DNA of 64,000 nucleotides from Minisyncoccota bacterium (GCA_035453125.1 DAOTCN010000001.1:85061-149060), one strand, 5' to 3'; positions 19,057-29,671 are shown, numbered from the stretch's first letter. Notes: generated from the sequence alone by a model not told the origin. Numbers and translations: made by a program.

Positions 19057-20031
19057 TTATTTTTTTCTTTTTTTATTAATTGGTTTTTTGCTAAATTTTT
19101 TTTCTTTTATTATTTTTACTGTGCTAACTGTTTCTTTACTTTTTCTTTTTAATAATTCAAATAAGGCAAAAAGTGTTATTATTGCACCTGCAATTGCTGA
19201 GAAAGTGACTAAATAATCTTTCAATCTTTTAACTTTACTTGCTTCCTCTGCCTTTTCTAATTTGTTTTTTTGATATAATAGTTCGTCATTTGCAAGAATA
19301 ATGTTTACTTTTGCATTTTCAATATCTTCAGAAATAATTGCTGCTTCCGCCTTCCTTATATATCCTTTTAATTCATTAGTATTTATACCCGAGGTATCAT
19401 AATCATCTTTTTTATTATTTATCTCCTCTTCAAGGTAAGTATAGTTTTCTTTTAAAATGTATAATTTTGAAGAAAGTTCTTTTAATATCTCTTTGTTTTC
19501 TTCATTTTCATTTATTTCACTTTGAGCGGAGTTTACAGTTACATTCTGATAGAAGGTGTATTGTCTTATTTTTATTGCTAATGTAACATTACCTGGTGTA
19601 TTAAAATTTCCAAATATTAGAATATATCCTTTTTCATTAGGAGCTAAACTTTCTATAGAAATAATATCATATGTTGAAAATCCATTACCCGTTATAACTG
19701 CAAAAATATCGTTTATTGTTTCATTTTTTTTATTTTGAATTTGGAGACTAAATTGAGATTCTCCTATTTCAAAGTTAGTTGGAGTAAATTTTGTTAGAAA
19801 AATTTCAGGAGTAATAATTTCTGTTTCATTGTTTAATGATTCATTAAGAATTTGAGACTCGTTTTGTTCTGGAGTGATATTTTGTTCTGGAGATATATTT
19901 TGATCAATTATTATTAATTCAGAATCATTTATAACTTGGCCAGTAAAATTTTTAATTCCAACAATAATGCTTAGGCTAATTATGCTTAATCCAACTAAAA
20001 ATATAATTAACCAAAATTTATCACCTTTCAT
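19057..20031 (-). CDS. membrane-anchored surface protein (N-terminal TM, N-glycosylation sequons, coiled coil, C-terminal TM plus basic tail)
   Basis: 324 aa; multiple N-x-S/T sequons; hydrophobic segments at both ends. Confidence 0.4.
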   Translation of the reverse strand: MKGDKFWLIIFLVGLSIISLSIIVGIKNFTGQVINDSELIIIDQNISPEQNITPEQNESQILNESLNNETEIITPEIFLTKFTPTNFEIGESQFSLQIQNKKNETINDIFAVITGNGFSTYDIISIESLAPNEKGYILIFGNFNTPGNVTLAIKIRQYTFYQNVTVNSAQSEINENEENKEILKELSSKLYILKENYTYLEEEINNKKDDYDTSGINTNELKGYIRKAEAAIISEDIENAKVNIILANDELLYQKNKLEKAEEASKVKRLKDYLVTFSAIAGAIITLFALFELLKRKSKETVSTVKIIKEKKFSKKPINKKRKK

Positions 20032-20084
20032 ATTTAAATATACTTTTTTGATTTAATAAATCTTATTATTTGTTATTTAACATA

Positions 20085-20618
20085 TTATATCCAGTCAGTA
20101 ATTTTATTAGATATAATTCCAGAATCATTACAGTGGTATACTTTATGAAAAATTTGGGTAAAAATTGTGTGAACTTTAAAATTAAATTCATTTTTTAGTA
20201 TATTTTTATTTTTCTTTGAGAGTTCTAGTTGAGGTGCTTTAAATTCTGTGGCATCAAATCCAAAACATTTTTTGAATTCTTCTTTACCTACTTGAATATA
20301 CTCTATCTCTCTTTTTGTATTAAATTCATTATATGTATGATAAACTCCATGCATAACTAAGCTTTTATTGAATTGATTAATGTAACTACACCATTCAGGA
20401 TAATTTTTAATACTTTCATTTTCAAATAATGGTATTACTGCAAGATAATCTGATTTTTTAATTAAATCTTTACTACAAGGAATATTTGGATGCAAATCAT
20501 CTAAATGTTTTGGAGAAAAAAGTCTAATAATGAATAATATTATAGCTAAAGACAAAATGATTAAAACAATTAATAATACTATTTTTTTAATTTTCATTCT
20601 CTTTTGACTATTGTACAA
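20085..20618 (-). CDS. membrane-anchored hypothetical protein
   Basis: 177 aa with an N-terminal TM helix. Confidence 0.35.
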   Translation of the reverse strand: MYNSQKRMKIKKIVLLIVLIILSLAIILFIIRLFSPKHLDDLHPNIPCSKDLIKKSDYLAVIPLFENESIKNYPEWCSYINQFNKSLVMHGVYHTYNEFNTKREIEYIQVGKEEFKKCFGFDATEFKAPQLELSKKNKNILKNEFNFKVHTIFTQIFHKVYHCNDSGIISNKITDWI

Positions 20619-20720
20619 TCACTTTTTATTGGAACTTAAGATACTTCATTATATTTTAAGTCTATAAATAACTAATTAATAAGTTATTTTTAAGTTTATG
20701 CTTATTAAATAAAATATTTC

Positions 20721-21197
20721 CTAAAAATCAATATCTGGATTTCTATCAAGATAATCCAAGAGTTGAAGAGATATTAAAACAGATGTTGCATATCGCCTTC
20801 CATTATCTATTTGTTCTTGAGTTGGACGTCCTTTACCTCCCCAAATACCACATTTTTCAGTTTCTCCAGAATATCTTGGTAATCCTTCAATTATACAAAC
20901 ATCACCATATGTTATTTCTTTTACGGGAATAAAAATGTTTACTGAAAGATTTTTTGAATCTAACCAGAATAATCGTTTTAGTTGATCTTTTGTAATTGGA
21001 AGTTCTCCACTTTTATACTTTCTAACATCTTCAACAGTTGTTCCTAATTTTTTTGCTAAAAATTCATCAGGGTATTTTTCTTCAGATAAAATTTGAAATA
21101 ATTTATTTCTAATATATGTTCTTATTGTTGGTCCTTCTGCCTTTACTTTATCAAAATTGATATATTCACGAAAGTAGTTTTGATCTTTATCCGTCAT
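20721..21197 (-). CDS. HTH-containing hypothetical protein
   Basis: 158 aa; XRE-like HTH (LAKKLGTTVEDVRKY) and an uncharacterised C-terminal domain. Confidence 0.3.
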   Translation of the reverse strand: MTDKDQNYFREYINFDKVKAEGPTIRTYIRNKLFQILSEEKYPDEFLAKKLGTTVEDVRKYKSGELPITKDQLKRLFWLDSKNLSVNIFIPVKEITYGDVCIIEGLPRYSGETEKCGIWGGKGRPTQEQIDNGRRYATSVLISLQLLDYLDRNPDIDF

Positions 21198-21227
21198 TTT
21201 TAAGAATTTTATGATGTTTATTTAATA

Positions 21228-22733
21228 TTAATTTGCACAAGTTGTTCCAGCACACATTGGTTCTAAAGTTCCTTCATTTGCTATAATAACAGTAATACAG
21301 TCATGAGGGTTTTCTATTTTTTCTTCATTGTTTTTCCAGTCTGCACTTTCACAACCCATTCCGCAGTCATCTTGAAGCGAACAAAATTGAGGGTTTGAAC
21401 ATCCATTTTCATCAACAGGTTCGTTTGGTTCAGTGTCTGGACATTCATCTTCATTGTCACAAACACCATCATTATCTTCATCATCACATTCATCTGGTGT
21501 ACATTCTCCATCTTCACAATCATTTAAACAGTATTCGATTATTTGAGTGATATTTTCTGAAAAACAACTACCACTAATACAGCTAGGAATTGTTGTTATA
21601 TTTATAACCTTATTTCCTTGACAAGTTATTTCTGAATTTGGACTTCCACAATTTTTTAAAAACAGGCTATTATTATTACTAAAACACTGAGCATTATCAC
21701 AGCCCATTTCAGTTGACTGATTATATACGTCTAGTCCAATACATACTAGTTGTGAAAAACTATTTCCACAGTCTATTGTTAAATCAGGAGATCCAGTTAT
21801 GTTATAACATTCTCCATTTGAGCAACCTTGAGTTGTTGTAACTCTAATTATATCATTGTTCGAACAAGAGTAAACTGATGAAGATAAGTTACATGTTTTT
21901 ATTGTTGTATTTGAGCTTGTAAAAATACATCTCCCTATTGGTGGCAGACATTTTTCTGAGATGCATCTTTCACGTTCGAAAATACAATCAGGAGTTATTG
22001 TCATGTTTATTACATTAATTCCAGAACACATTAATTCAGAACTTTCAATTCCACAATCACTATCACTTGAGCATCCAGAGGGAATGACTCGATAATTATC
22101 TCCTTTTACATCAAATTTAACTTGATATTCTCCACAATCGTCTGAAGAGATATTATAAGCTGCTATACAAAATGATTCAGAAGAATTAATAATTCTTGTT
22201 CCAGAAGCAACAATTTCATTTGGATCACATGAAGCACCACCAGGTTTTCCAACTATTGTCCAGTTATATGTTCCTGATGAAAATCCATCTCCATTGATGT
22301 AAACTATTTCATTAATAGAATATTTATTTACATCTTGATTTTGAGAATCACAATTATTTTTTGTTGTCCAAATTGCAGCATCTGTGAATAAAATTGTTGC
22401 TGTGTTTCTTCCATCTGTTGAAATAACATTATAATTTCCTTTTATTCCATTTAAATTGTAAATTGCAAAAAATTTTCTATTTGAATCTGAAACTGAAAAA
22501 ATAGTATCAATTGTTAGATCAGGTCGAGTTATCTTTGTGATTATTAATGAATTTGGTAAAAATTCACTTCCACTAATATAAACAAATTCATTTGGAGAAT
22601 AATCTGTTTTGGGATTTCCAAACAAGTCAGTTGTTATAATTGTTGCAGCTTGTGCAAAGCTAATAACAGTCACTATTAAAAATAGTAAAAATGTTACTTT
22701 GTTTCCTATAACCCTCTTTTTCATTAATTTCAT
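21228..22733 (-). CDS. secreted cysteine-rich repeat protein with C-terminal TSP3-like acidic calcium-binding repeats
   Basis: 501 aa; signal peptide; about 6 repeated Cys modules (..C..G..VIN.T..P.C....C.S.N...); DxDxDGxCDNEDECPD motif. Confidence 0.5.
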   Translation of the reverse strand: MKLMKKRVIGNKVTFLLFLIVTVISFAQAATIITTDLFGNPKTDYSPNEFVYISGSEFLPNSLIITKITRPDLTIDTIFSVSDSNRKFFAIYNLNGIKGNYNVISTDGRNTATILFTDAAIWTTKNNCDSQNQDVNKYSINEIVYINGDGFSSGTYNWTIVGKPGGASCDPNEIVASGTRIINSSESFCIAAYNISSDDCGEYQVKFDVKGDNYRVIPSGCSSDSDCGIESSELMCSGINVINMTITPDCIFERERCISEKCLPPIGRCIFTSSNTTIKTCNLSSSVYSCSNNDIIRVTTTQGCSNGECYNITGSPDLTIDCGNSFSQLVCIGLDVYNQSTEMGCDNAQCFSNNNSLFLKNCGSPNSEITCQGNKVINITTIPSCISGSCFSENITQIIEYCLNDCEDGECTPDECDDEDNDGVCDNEDECPDTEPNEPVDENGCSNPQFCSLQDDCGMGCESADWKNNEEKIENPHDCITVIIANEGTLEPMCAGTTCAN

Positions 22734-22827
22734 AGGTTATTGCTCTTTAAAAATAAAATTAACTTTTGATACTATTTTTTGATTGTATGATACTATAAGA
22801 TATATATCAGGAATTAGATATTTGTAA

Positions 22828-24042
22828 TTAACTAAACAAAACTCTTTGAACACCAATTATACTTCTTAATCTTCTTAATGTTTCTTCATTAACTTGTTGA
22901 TGAACAAGACAGTTTGTTATTACTTTTCCATTTTCTGCAATTTGTTCAGACTTCATATCTCGAATGTTTATTCCATTATTCCCTAGTATTTGAGTCATTT
23001 GTCCAAACATTCCAGGAATATCTTTATGATAAATACATATAGTGTATATTGAACTTAATTCTTCTGAAGGTTTTATTGTATTAACACTGTTTGAATAACT
23101 TCCATTTAATAAATAATCAGCTGTAACTCTTGCAAGTTCAATTGATGTTTTTCTTTGACCTTCGTTTGTAGAAGCACCTAAATGTGAAGTCATAACAACA
23201 TTTTCAAGTGTCGCTAATTTTTTCATTGATTCTGTTGTTTCTTGATCTTCGTTTTTTGGTTCATTTTTGTATGAGTCTATTGCAGCACCATAAAGTTTTT
23301 TGCTTGAAAGTGCTTTATACAATGCCTCTTCATTAACATTATTTCCTCTTGAAGCATTTATTAAAATAGCATTTTCTTTCATTTTAGAAAGTTCATTTTC
23401 ACCAATTATCTGCTGTTTTCCGCCAGTATGAAGAGAAATTACATTTGATTCAGTTAAAAGATTGTCTAAATCAGTATATTCTATTACTGAATCTGGGAAG
23501 TTTTCTTTTAGGTAACTAATATTTGAGTCATAACCAATAACATTCATTCCAAGAGCTCTTGCTTTTTCAGCAACTCTTTGACCAATTCTCCCACATCCAA
23601 TTAATCCTAAAGTTTTTCCTTCAAGTTCTATTCCAGATAATGATTTCTTTTTCCAAAATCCTGATTTTAATGAAAAATCTGATTGAGGTATTTTTCTTGC
23701 AATAGAAAATAATAAACCAATTGTATGTTCTGCTGTTGCATTTGTAACTCTATTTGGTGCAAATTTTACAACAATTCCATGTTCACTTGCAGATTTAACA
23801 TCAATATTGTCTACACCAACTCCTCCTCTGCCAATAATTCTTAATTTTCCATTTGTACCAGCTTCAATTATCTCTTTTGTAACTTTTGTTTTACTTCTTA
23901 CAAGAAAGGCATCAAACTCACCAATTGTTTCAAGAAGATTATTACCTTCTCTATATTCGTTTATATACTGAATGTTTTCTTTTTCAAATATGTTTAATCC
24001 TTCTTTATCCATTCCATCATTAATCAAAACTTTGTATGACAT
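22828..24042 (-). CDS. serA: D-3-phosphoglycerate dehydrogenase (2-hydroxyacid dehydrogenase with C-terminal ACT domain)
   Basis: 404 aa; NAD-binding GLIGCGRIGQRVA, catalytic R/E/H, ACT-like C-terminus. Confidence 0.85.
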   Translation of the reverse strand: MSYKVLINDGMDKEGLNIFEKENIQYINEYREGNNLLETIGEFDAFLVRSKTKVTKEIIEAGTNGKLRIIGRGGVGVDNIDVKSASEHGIVVKFAPNRVTNATAEHTIGLLFSIARKIPQSDFSLKSGFWKKKSLSGIELEGKTLGLIGCGRIGQRVAEKARALGMNVIGYDSNISYLKENFPDSVIEYTDLDNLLTESNVISLHTGGKQQIIGENELSKMKENAILINASRGNNVNEEALYKALSSKKLYGAAIDSYKNEPKNEDQETTESMKKLATLENVVMTSHLGASTNEGQRKTSIELARVTADYLLNGSYSNSVNTIKPSEELSSIYTICIYHKDIPGMFGQMTQILGNNGINIRDMKSEQIAENGKVITNCLVHQQVNEETLRRLRSIIGVQRVLFS

Positions 24043-24178
24043 ATTTTCTCATAATAAAAGTTGTTTAAATTCTTTTTGGTATTATTATATAATTAATGTA
24101 TATATTGGATTAATTGTATTATAAAAATAACTAATAAACAAAATAAACCTTTAAAATAAGTTTAATTTTAAGGTTTTA

Positions 24179-24850
24179 ATGGATCGAAGAAGATTCTTAA
24201 AAAAGTCATTGATGGGTGTTTCAGCATTTGCACTCTCATCTGCAGGTTTTGGAGAGGAAAATGTACAAGAAAAAAGCGAGAGCATTAAAAAAATAATTCT
24301 TACAATTGATGACGGACCTTTAAATTCTATGGGAGATATTTTAGAAACTCTTGGAACAGAAAATCCAGTAATATTTTATGAAATTGGAGAGTGTATGAAT
24401 TCATCTCGTGGAATGGACTTAACTAAAAAAGCTATATTCAATGGGCATGCAATTGGAAATCATTCTTATTCTCATCCTGATTTTACAAAAATCTCATTTA
24501 GTTCAGCTGTTAGACAGATTGAGAGAACAGAAGAACTGATTAACCAAGCATATGAAGAAGTTGGAGTTAAACAAAAACAAAAGTTTTTTAGATTTCCTGG
24601 TGGAGCAGAGAGCAGCAGAGTTAAAGATGAACTTGTTGATAGAGGATATATTATTCAAGGTTGGGACACAGATACAAACGATTGGCGATATTATTCAAGG
24701 AAAAAACCACTAAGTGGAGATAGGATAATGAGTTATTGTGCAAGTGCTAAAGACGGTGATATCGTTCTTACACATGACAGACCATTTTCTTTGAGAAAAG
24801 TAATTCCTTATTTTTTGGATAAAGATAGATTTAAGTTAGTTCTTCCGTGA
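24179..24850 (+). CDS. polysaccharide deacetylase (NodB homology domain), Tat-secreted
   Basis: 223 aa; RRRFLK Tat motif; TIDDGP and HSYSHP motifs. Confidence 0.6.
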   Translation: MDRRRFLKKSLMGVSAFALSSAGFGEENVQEKSESIKKIILTIDDGPLNSMGDILETLGTENPVIFYEIGECMNSSRGMDLTKKAIFNGHAIGNHSYSHPDFTKISFSSAVRQIERTEELINQAYEEVGVKQKQKFFRFPGGAESSRVKDELVDRGYIIQGWDTDTNDWRYYSRKKPLSGDRIMSYCASAKDGDIVLTHDRPFSLRKVIPYFLDKDRFKLVLP

Positions 24851-24909
24851 GATATTTATTGTTAACTAATTATTAGCTCTTTTTAATAAAGAATCAGCTT
24901 TTTTGATTT

Positions 24910-26529
24910 TTAGAATCTTTCAGTTATTGGTTTAAATGGAGGCTCTTTTGGATTATTTGCTGGATTCAAAGAACTTGGTGTTGCCTGTCTTTCTGGGTAA
25001 TATCTTAATCCTCTTTCAAGTTCGTATATTTTTAATGCAGGCAAAGTTTCTCCTGTTCTTAGAGGAGTGTTAATTATTTTCATTCCTTCTCTTTCTTTGC
25101 TTGTTTCAGGTGCTCCCCATCTTAGTTCAGGAGCATGATTTGGATCAAATGACATATCAAATAATCTTTTTTCAACATCATTTAAAGTTAGTGCGAATTC
25201 AATACCGCTTGAATTTGTATAGATAATTTTTTGCTCTGAAAATAATTTTTCTTTTGTTTGTTTTATTGCATCAATAAGTTGTTCTTTTGATGTAAATCCT
25301 TCATAATCAAAAGCAGGTGATGAAGGATATCCAGAAACCATTGCTTCAAGTCTTTTTCCGATGCTGTTGTATTTATTTTTTCTATCAACATCTGAAGAAG
25401 GAGAACTCCAAGTTTCCCATCTTCCATCTGCTTGATATATATTTGCTTCTGTAGAATCATTTGGAAAAACTATAGAACCATTTGTTAAAACATCTCTCCA
25501 ACCTTCATTGACAAATTTTGCTCTTTCTTTCATCATTTCTCCGAGTTCTGTTATACTACTATTTAGATATTCAATTGGTTTTTCTGTTCCGATTCTTAAT
25601 CTGTTTCTTACAAAGGATTCATAGTCTGATATTTTTGATTCATATTGGTCAAGTGAAAAACCATATTCACTCATTTCACTGTTTGTAAAATGAATTGCTT
25701 GACCCTTTCTTACTCTTGCTAATCTAATAATCTTTAAGCCATCATTCCATTTTTTGTGATCTGAAGATGAGTTAACTGATTGTATTGCTGAAAGTGTTTG
25801 ATTGAAAGTTATTGAGTGATCTGGATGAGAGTCAAGGAAATGAACTTCGCCAGAGTCATCAACCTTTCCAACAACTAAGCAATGGCCATTTGCATTGTAA
25901 GCCATTGTTCCAGGTTTTACAAATTCTCTTGATATTTTTATTGGAAGTGAATCTGTTCCTTCAAGTTCAGGAGAAGTTCTGAAATTACCTGAAACAAAAT
26001 TGTATCCTCCACCAACACCTTCCATTGATGATAAAATAAAATCTCCAAAACTTCCACTAAATGGCATGCTTTTTACATGTCCGATTGGATGATTTCCATA
26101 GGAGTATCTTATATCTCCTCCTCTTTCCATTTTTATTTTTGAAACAATTGCAGGTAATCCTCTTCTTGCTGAGTAGTATAAAAATAATAACATTGGAAAA
26201 CTTCCACAATGAGAACATGTAGTCATTAAATTCATTTCACTGCTTGATATTTGTGGATTTCCATCCCTAAGAAAATCAGGATTATTTAATAAATTCATTT
26301 CGTTATCATCAATAATTCTTCCCAACTTTGCTCCTTTTTGAGAGCTAGTTCCGTTTCTTTTAAAGTTGTAAATATTTTCAACCCACTGAGAGTATTTATT
26401 AAATTCTTCTTTATTCCAGTCTCTAATATGATTCCATGCAAAAATTTGAGAATTTTGTGAATATGAGCTTGAGCAAATAATCCCAAAAGAGTTAATTGCT
26501 GAACTTAAAAGGAATTGTCTTCGATTCAT
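24910..26529 (-). CDS. Tat-secreted hypothetical protein
   Basis: 539 aa; RRQFLL twin-arginine motif followed by a hydrophobic region. Confidence 0.4.
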   Translation of the reverse strand: MNRRQFLLSSAINSFGIICSSSYSQNSQIFAWNHIRDWNKEEFNKYSQWVENIYNFKRNGTSSQKGAKLGRIIDDNEMNLLNNPDFLRDGNPQISSSEMNLMTTCSHCGSFPMLLFLYYSARRGLPAIVSKIKMERGGDIRYSYGNHPIGHVKSMPFSGSFGDFILSSMEGVGGGYNFVSGNFRTSPELEGTDSLPIKISREFVKPGTMAYNANGHCLVVGKVDDSGEVHFLDSHPDHSITFNQTLSAIQSVNSSSDHKKWNDGLKIIRLARVRKGQAIHFTNSEMSEYGFSLDQYESKISDYESFVRNRLRIGTEKPIEYLNSSITELGEMMKERAKFVNEGWRDVLTNGSIVFPNDSTEANIYQADGRWETWSSPSSDVDRKNKYNSIGKRLEAMVSGYPSSPAFDYEGFTSKEQLIDAIKQTKEKLFSEQKIIYTNSSGIEFALTLNDVEKRLFDMSFDPNHAPELRWGAPETSKEREGMKIINTPLRTGETLPALKIYELERGLRYYPERQATPSSLNPANNPKEPPFKPITERF

Positions 26530-26742
26530 TATTTTTAGATAAATAATTTCTTTTTAAATTATTGTTTACTTAGAAATATGTTTTCTTAAATGACTTTTAA
26601 CTATTATTTATTTAAAATTATCTTTTTAAACCTAAAAATTAATATTATGTTAGTTGTGTGTATTTTTTATGAAGCAAAAAACAAATCGTTTAGAATTTAG
26701 TATATGTAAAATTTTTTGATTTTTCTTTAGCATTTTCTTTAA

Positions 26743-27381
26743 TTATAAATGTTTAGCTATTTGTTTTTTTCGATATTTAATTGAGAAGAATCCAACAAAA
26801 ATAATTATTATGAGAATTATTATACTAATTACCTGTATATATACTGGTAGTGTTCCAATATATGCAATAAAAAAAGCTAATGGCATAAATCCTATGATTG
26901 TTGCAAAAAAATAAGGCCAAAATTTTATATTAGTAAATAATCCTATTGCATAACTAACTAAATCAATGGGAATGGCTAATCTTAAAAAGATTATTCCTAT
27001 AAACAAATGTTCTTTTGGCATAAACTTTTCATATTTATGCATTTTTGAAATAGGAATGAATTTTTTGATAATTGGAACTCCGAACTTTCTTGATAAAAAA
27101 AATACTGCTGCTGATCCAATTGTCCATCCAGTTAAAGTAAGTATCCCTGCTATAAACCAACCCCAACTTGCAGTTGCTATTGGCATTAAAACAATTTCAT
27201 TTATTGGTGCAATAATACTAAAAACAATTAAAATAAAAATATAGATAATCATTCCTATGAAACTGTCTTTAATATAACTTTTTAATAGCTCAGATTCGGA
27301 CTGTGCAATATAAGAGGTTATTATAAATATTGCAATAATAACAAATATTTTAATTGCAGAATTAATCTTCTCTTTTTTCAT
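26743..27381 (-). CDS. DedA/TVP38-TMEM64 family membrane protein
   Basis: 212 aa polytopic membrane protein with DedA-like core (..SRKFGVPIIKKF..). Confidence 0.5.
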   Translation of the reverse strand: MKKEKINSAIKIFVIIAIFIITSYIAQSESELLKSYIKDSFIGMIIYIFILIVFSIIAPINEIVLMPIATASWGWFIAGILTLTGWTIGSAAVFFLSRKFGVPIIKKFIPISKMHKYEKFMPKEHLFIGIIFLRLAIPIDLVSYAIGLFTNIKFWPYFFATIIGFMPLAFFIAYIGTLPVYIQVISIIILIIIIFVGFFSIKYRKKQIAKHL

Positions 27382-27621
27382 AATAAGTAATAAAATGATA
27401 AGGAGTATATAAACTTGAGTAAAAGTCTGAATTATATTTAGATAATTTTTTATTTTTAATTATTAAATTAAGAATACTTTAAATTTAATATTCAAAAGGT
27501 TTGTAATAAATAAGTTATTAATCATTAAAAATTTTATACTCTTTGTGATGTAATGAAATAAACTTTTTTGATTTAACTATTGTATAATTAAACTTATAAA
27601 TAAGTATTTTATTACAAATTA

Positions 27622-28815
27622 ATGAGCATTTCATTTAAGCAGTTATCAAGAAGAGACTTTTTAAAGTTAGGAGTTGCAACTACTAGTCTTGTAGAAATTG
27701 TTGGAAATTTTAATGCTTTTTCAGATGGAAAAAAAAGTGTTGCAGATATACCTAATTATAACATGAAACAATTTGAATGGAATCCTGAAAATGTTACTGA
27801 TAAAGTTTGTAGTGTTTTTGATAAAGAAGGTCTTTTTGATTCTTTAGATTTAATAGATTTCATAAATGTTTCAAGAAATGGTAATTGGAGAATTGATGAA
27901 TCTTTTGATAAAGGGGGTGAAACAATTTATTTAAAGGAAGCATTGCCAGAAGTTGGAAGTGCTTTGTTTATAGATAATAAAAATAGACAAGTTTATACTT
28001 TGACAAAAGAAGATAAAAAATTGATTGGTAATTTTCCGGAATTAAGATTAGCTGGAATTGGAGATAATGGTCTTTGTGCTTATCTTTCTGCAGTTCAATC
28101 TGAAGATGACTGGGAATGGAATGTTAGAGCACTTGTTTTTGCAGATTTTAACAAAAAAAGAAAAACAATAATTTGCCCTAATGAAGGAAAAAAATGGGAA
28201 ACTGCCTTTTTTACAGGTGATGATTTTATGTCAGGATTTAACATGTCAAGCAACGGAAATGTTGCTGTTGTTTACTCAGGTTCCCTTGAAAATTCACATA
28301 TGTATTTAATTGACACAGATAAATTCGAAGTTGTTCATGAACAAAACAATGCTCTTTTTTCAGGTATGAATTCTGATGGTAGAGTTATTGTTATTGAAAA
28401 AGAAAATGGATACTATAGAAATGATCTCAAGAGTGGTGAAAAAACTTTTTTGTATCGTGGAAACGATTATTTTAATTTAAGTCCTGATGGAAATTTTTTA
28501 GTTGGAACTCAAAATCCACTTATAGGAATTTCTGACTCTGAAGGAAATTATCTAGACACAAGTGGAATCAGAATATATTCTCATTCTGACAAGAAATTTT
28601 TTAATATTTTAAATTTCAGTGATGAATATTTTAAAATTGATGTTAATGACAGGGGAACAGTTAGTCTTGGAGGAGAAAAAAAATCACTTGAATTAAGATA
28701 TGAAAATGGAATGTATAAATTTTATTCTTGTTCTGGAAATAATTTAGCTGATTTTGAAAATGCAGTTATAAAACAAGTTCCCGAAATAACTTTTAAGCCT
28801 TATCCTAAAGATTAA
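27622..28815 (+). CDS. Tat-secreted hypothetical protein
   Basis: 397 aa; SRRDFLKLGVA twin-arginine signal. Confidence 0.4.
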   Translation: MSISFKQLSRRDFLKLGVATTSLVEIVGNFNAFSDGKKSVADIPNYNMKQFEWNPENVTDKVCSVFDKEGLFDSLDLIDFINVSRNGNWRIDESFDKGGETIYLKEALPEVGSALFIDNKNRQVYTLTKEDKKLIGNFPELRLAGIGDNGLCAYLSAVQSEDDWEWNVRALVFADFNKKRKTIICPNEGKKWETAFFTGDDFMSGFNMSSNGNVAVVYSGSLENSHMYLIDTDKFEVVHEQNNALFSGMNSDGRVIVIEKENGYYRNDLKSGEKTFLYRGNDYFNLSPDGNFLVGTQNPLIGISDSEGNYLDTSGIRIYSHSDKKFFNILNFSDEYFKIDVNDRGTVSLGGEKKSLELRYENGMYKFYSCSGNNLADFENAVIKQVPEITFKPYPKD

Positions 28816-28864
28816 TTCTATTTTTAATATAAATGTTTAATAATTAACATAAGTCTTTTGATTT

Positions 28865-29263
28865 ATGAATTTTCTTAAAGATTGGGAGAATTATTACAGA
28901 AAAAGTATATTAGAAGAGCTGAAAGAGGCTGGAGTAGATTTTAGTTCTGAAAATATTTCAAAAATTTTGGAAGAAATATCTTTTAGAGTTAGAAGCAAGA
29001 AATATTCCGACAAGTGCCCTTATTATTCACAAGGAGTTTCATGTCATCCAGAAGTTGATGATCTTAATTGTTTTTTATGTGCATGCCCAAATTATGAATC
29101 GTCAAATTTAGTTGGTGGGTGTAAAATAAATAGTATTCAAGGAAAATTTACTTTTCATCCTAATTTGCCTGAAGGAAAAGTTTGGGATTGTTCAGATTGT
29201 AGTGTAAATCACTCATCTGATGAAGTGAGAAGATATCTTGAAAGAATCCTGAATAAAACTTAA
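28865..29263 (+). CDS. Cys-rich hypothetical protein
   Basis: 132 aa; several CxxC / C..C pairs, possible metal-binding. Confidence 0.35.
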   Translation: MNFLKDWENYYRKSILEELKEAGVDFSSENISKILEEISFRVRSKKYSDKCPYYSQGVSCHPEVDDLNCFLCACPNYESSNLVGGCKINSIQGKFTFHPNLPEGKVWDCSDCSVNHSSDEVRRYLERILNKT

Positions 29264-29349
29264 TCTTTTTTAGTTTCTTTAATTTTCTGAGTGATCAAGA
29301 ACCATAAAAATAATAAAATTTTTTGACAGTTCGATTTTAGAATATTTAA

Positions 29350-29363
29350 ATGGCCCTAACCAG
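29350..29363 (-). repeat. 14-nt direct duplicate of the 3' end of the tRNA-Val gene (att-like scar)
   Basis: ATGGCCCTAACCAG occurs at 29350-29363 and 29493-29506; the second copy is the T-stem 3' half plus acceptor 3' strand of the minus-strand tRNA. Confidence 0.5.
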
Positions 29364-29493
29364 TACTCAAAAATCAGATTTTTGGTAACCATTCGCACAA
29401 GAGGTGTGCTCAGGTAATCGAATTGGTGTATCCTCGGTGTAAAAAATAAGACCCTTTTTGTTCTATTTTGAGTGATAAGTCTTTACACTTTAA

Positions 29494-29598
29494 TGGCCCT
29501 AACCAGAATCGAACTGGTGCATGCTCGGCTTTTAGAAAGGATTTGTCATGTTTTTTAAGACTAATCTTTCTTGTAAACGAGCCAGTCTAACCACTAGC
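29494..29598 (-). tRNA. tRNA-Val (anticodon TAC) candidate with an intron of about 43 nt at position 37/38
   Basis: Minus-strand cloverleaf: acceptor GGCCCTA/TAGGGCC+A, D-arm AGCT-AGTGGTTA-GACT, anticodon stem GCTCG/CGAGC with loop TTTACAA interrupted by the intron, T-arm ACCAG-TTCGATT-CTGGT. Confidence 0.6.
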
Positions 29599-29671
29599 TT
29601 ATAGGGCCATATAGATTATTTAATAACCTATGAAATATTAATAAACTTATCACTTTTAAAGCTTATCTAAA

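Noticed and set aside
29350-29470. A second complete tRNA or split-tRNA half upstream of tRNA-Val
   Set aside because: Only the 14-nt 3' segment is duplicated. A compatible 5' acceptor (GGTCTTA) exists, but no D-arm or anticodon arm can be folded from the intervening sequence.
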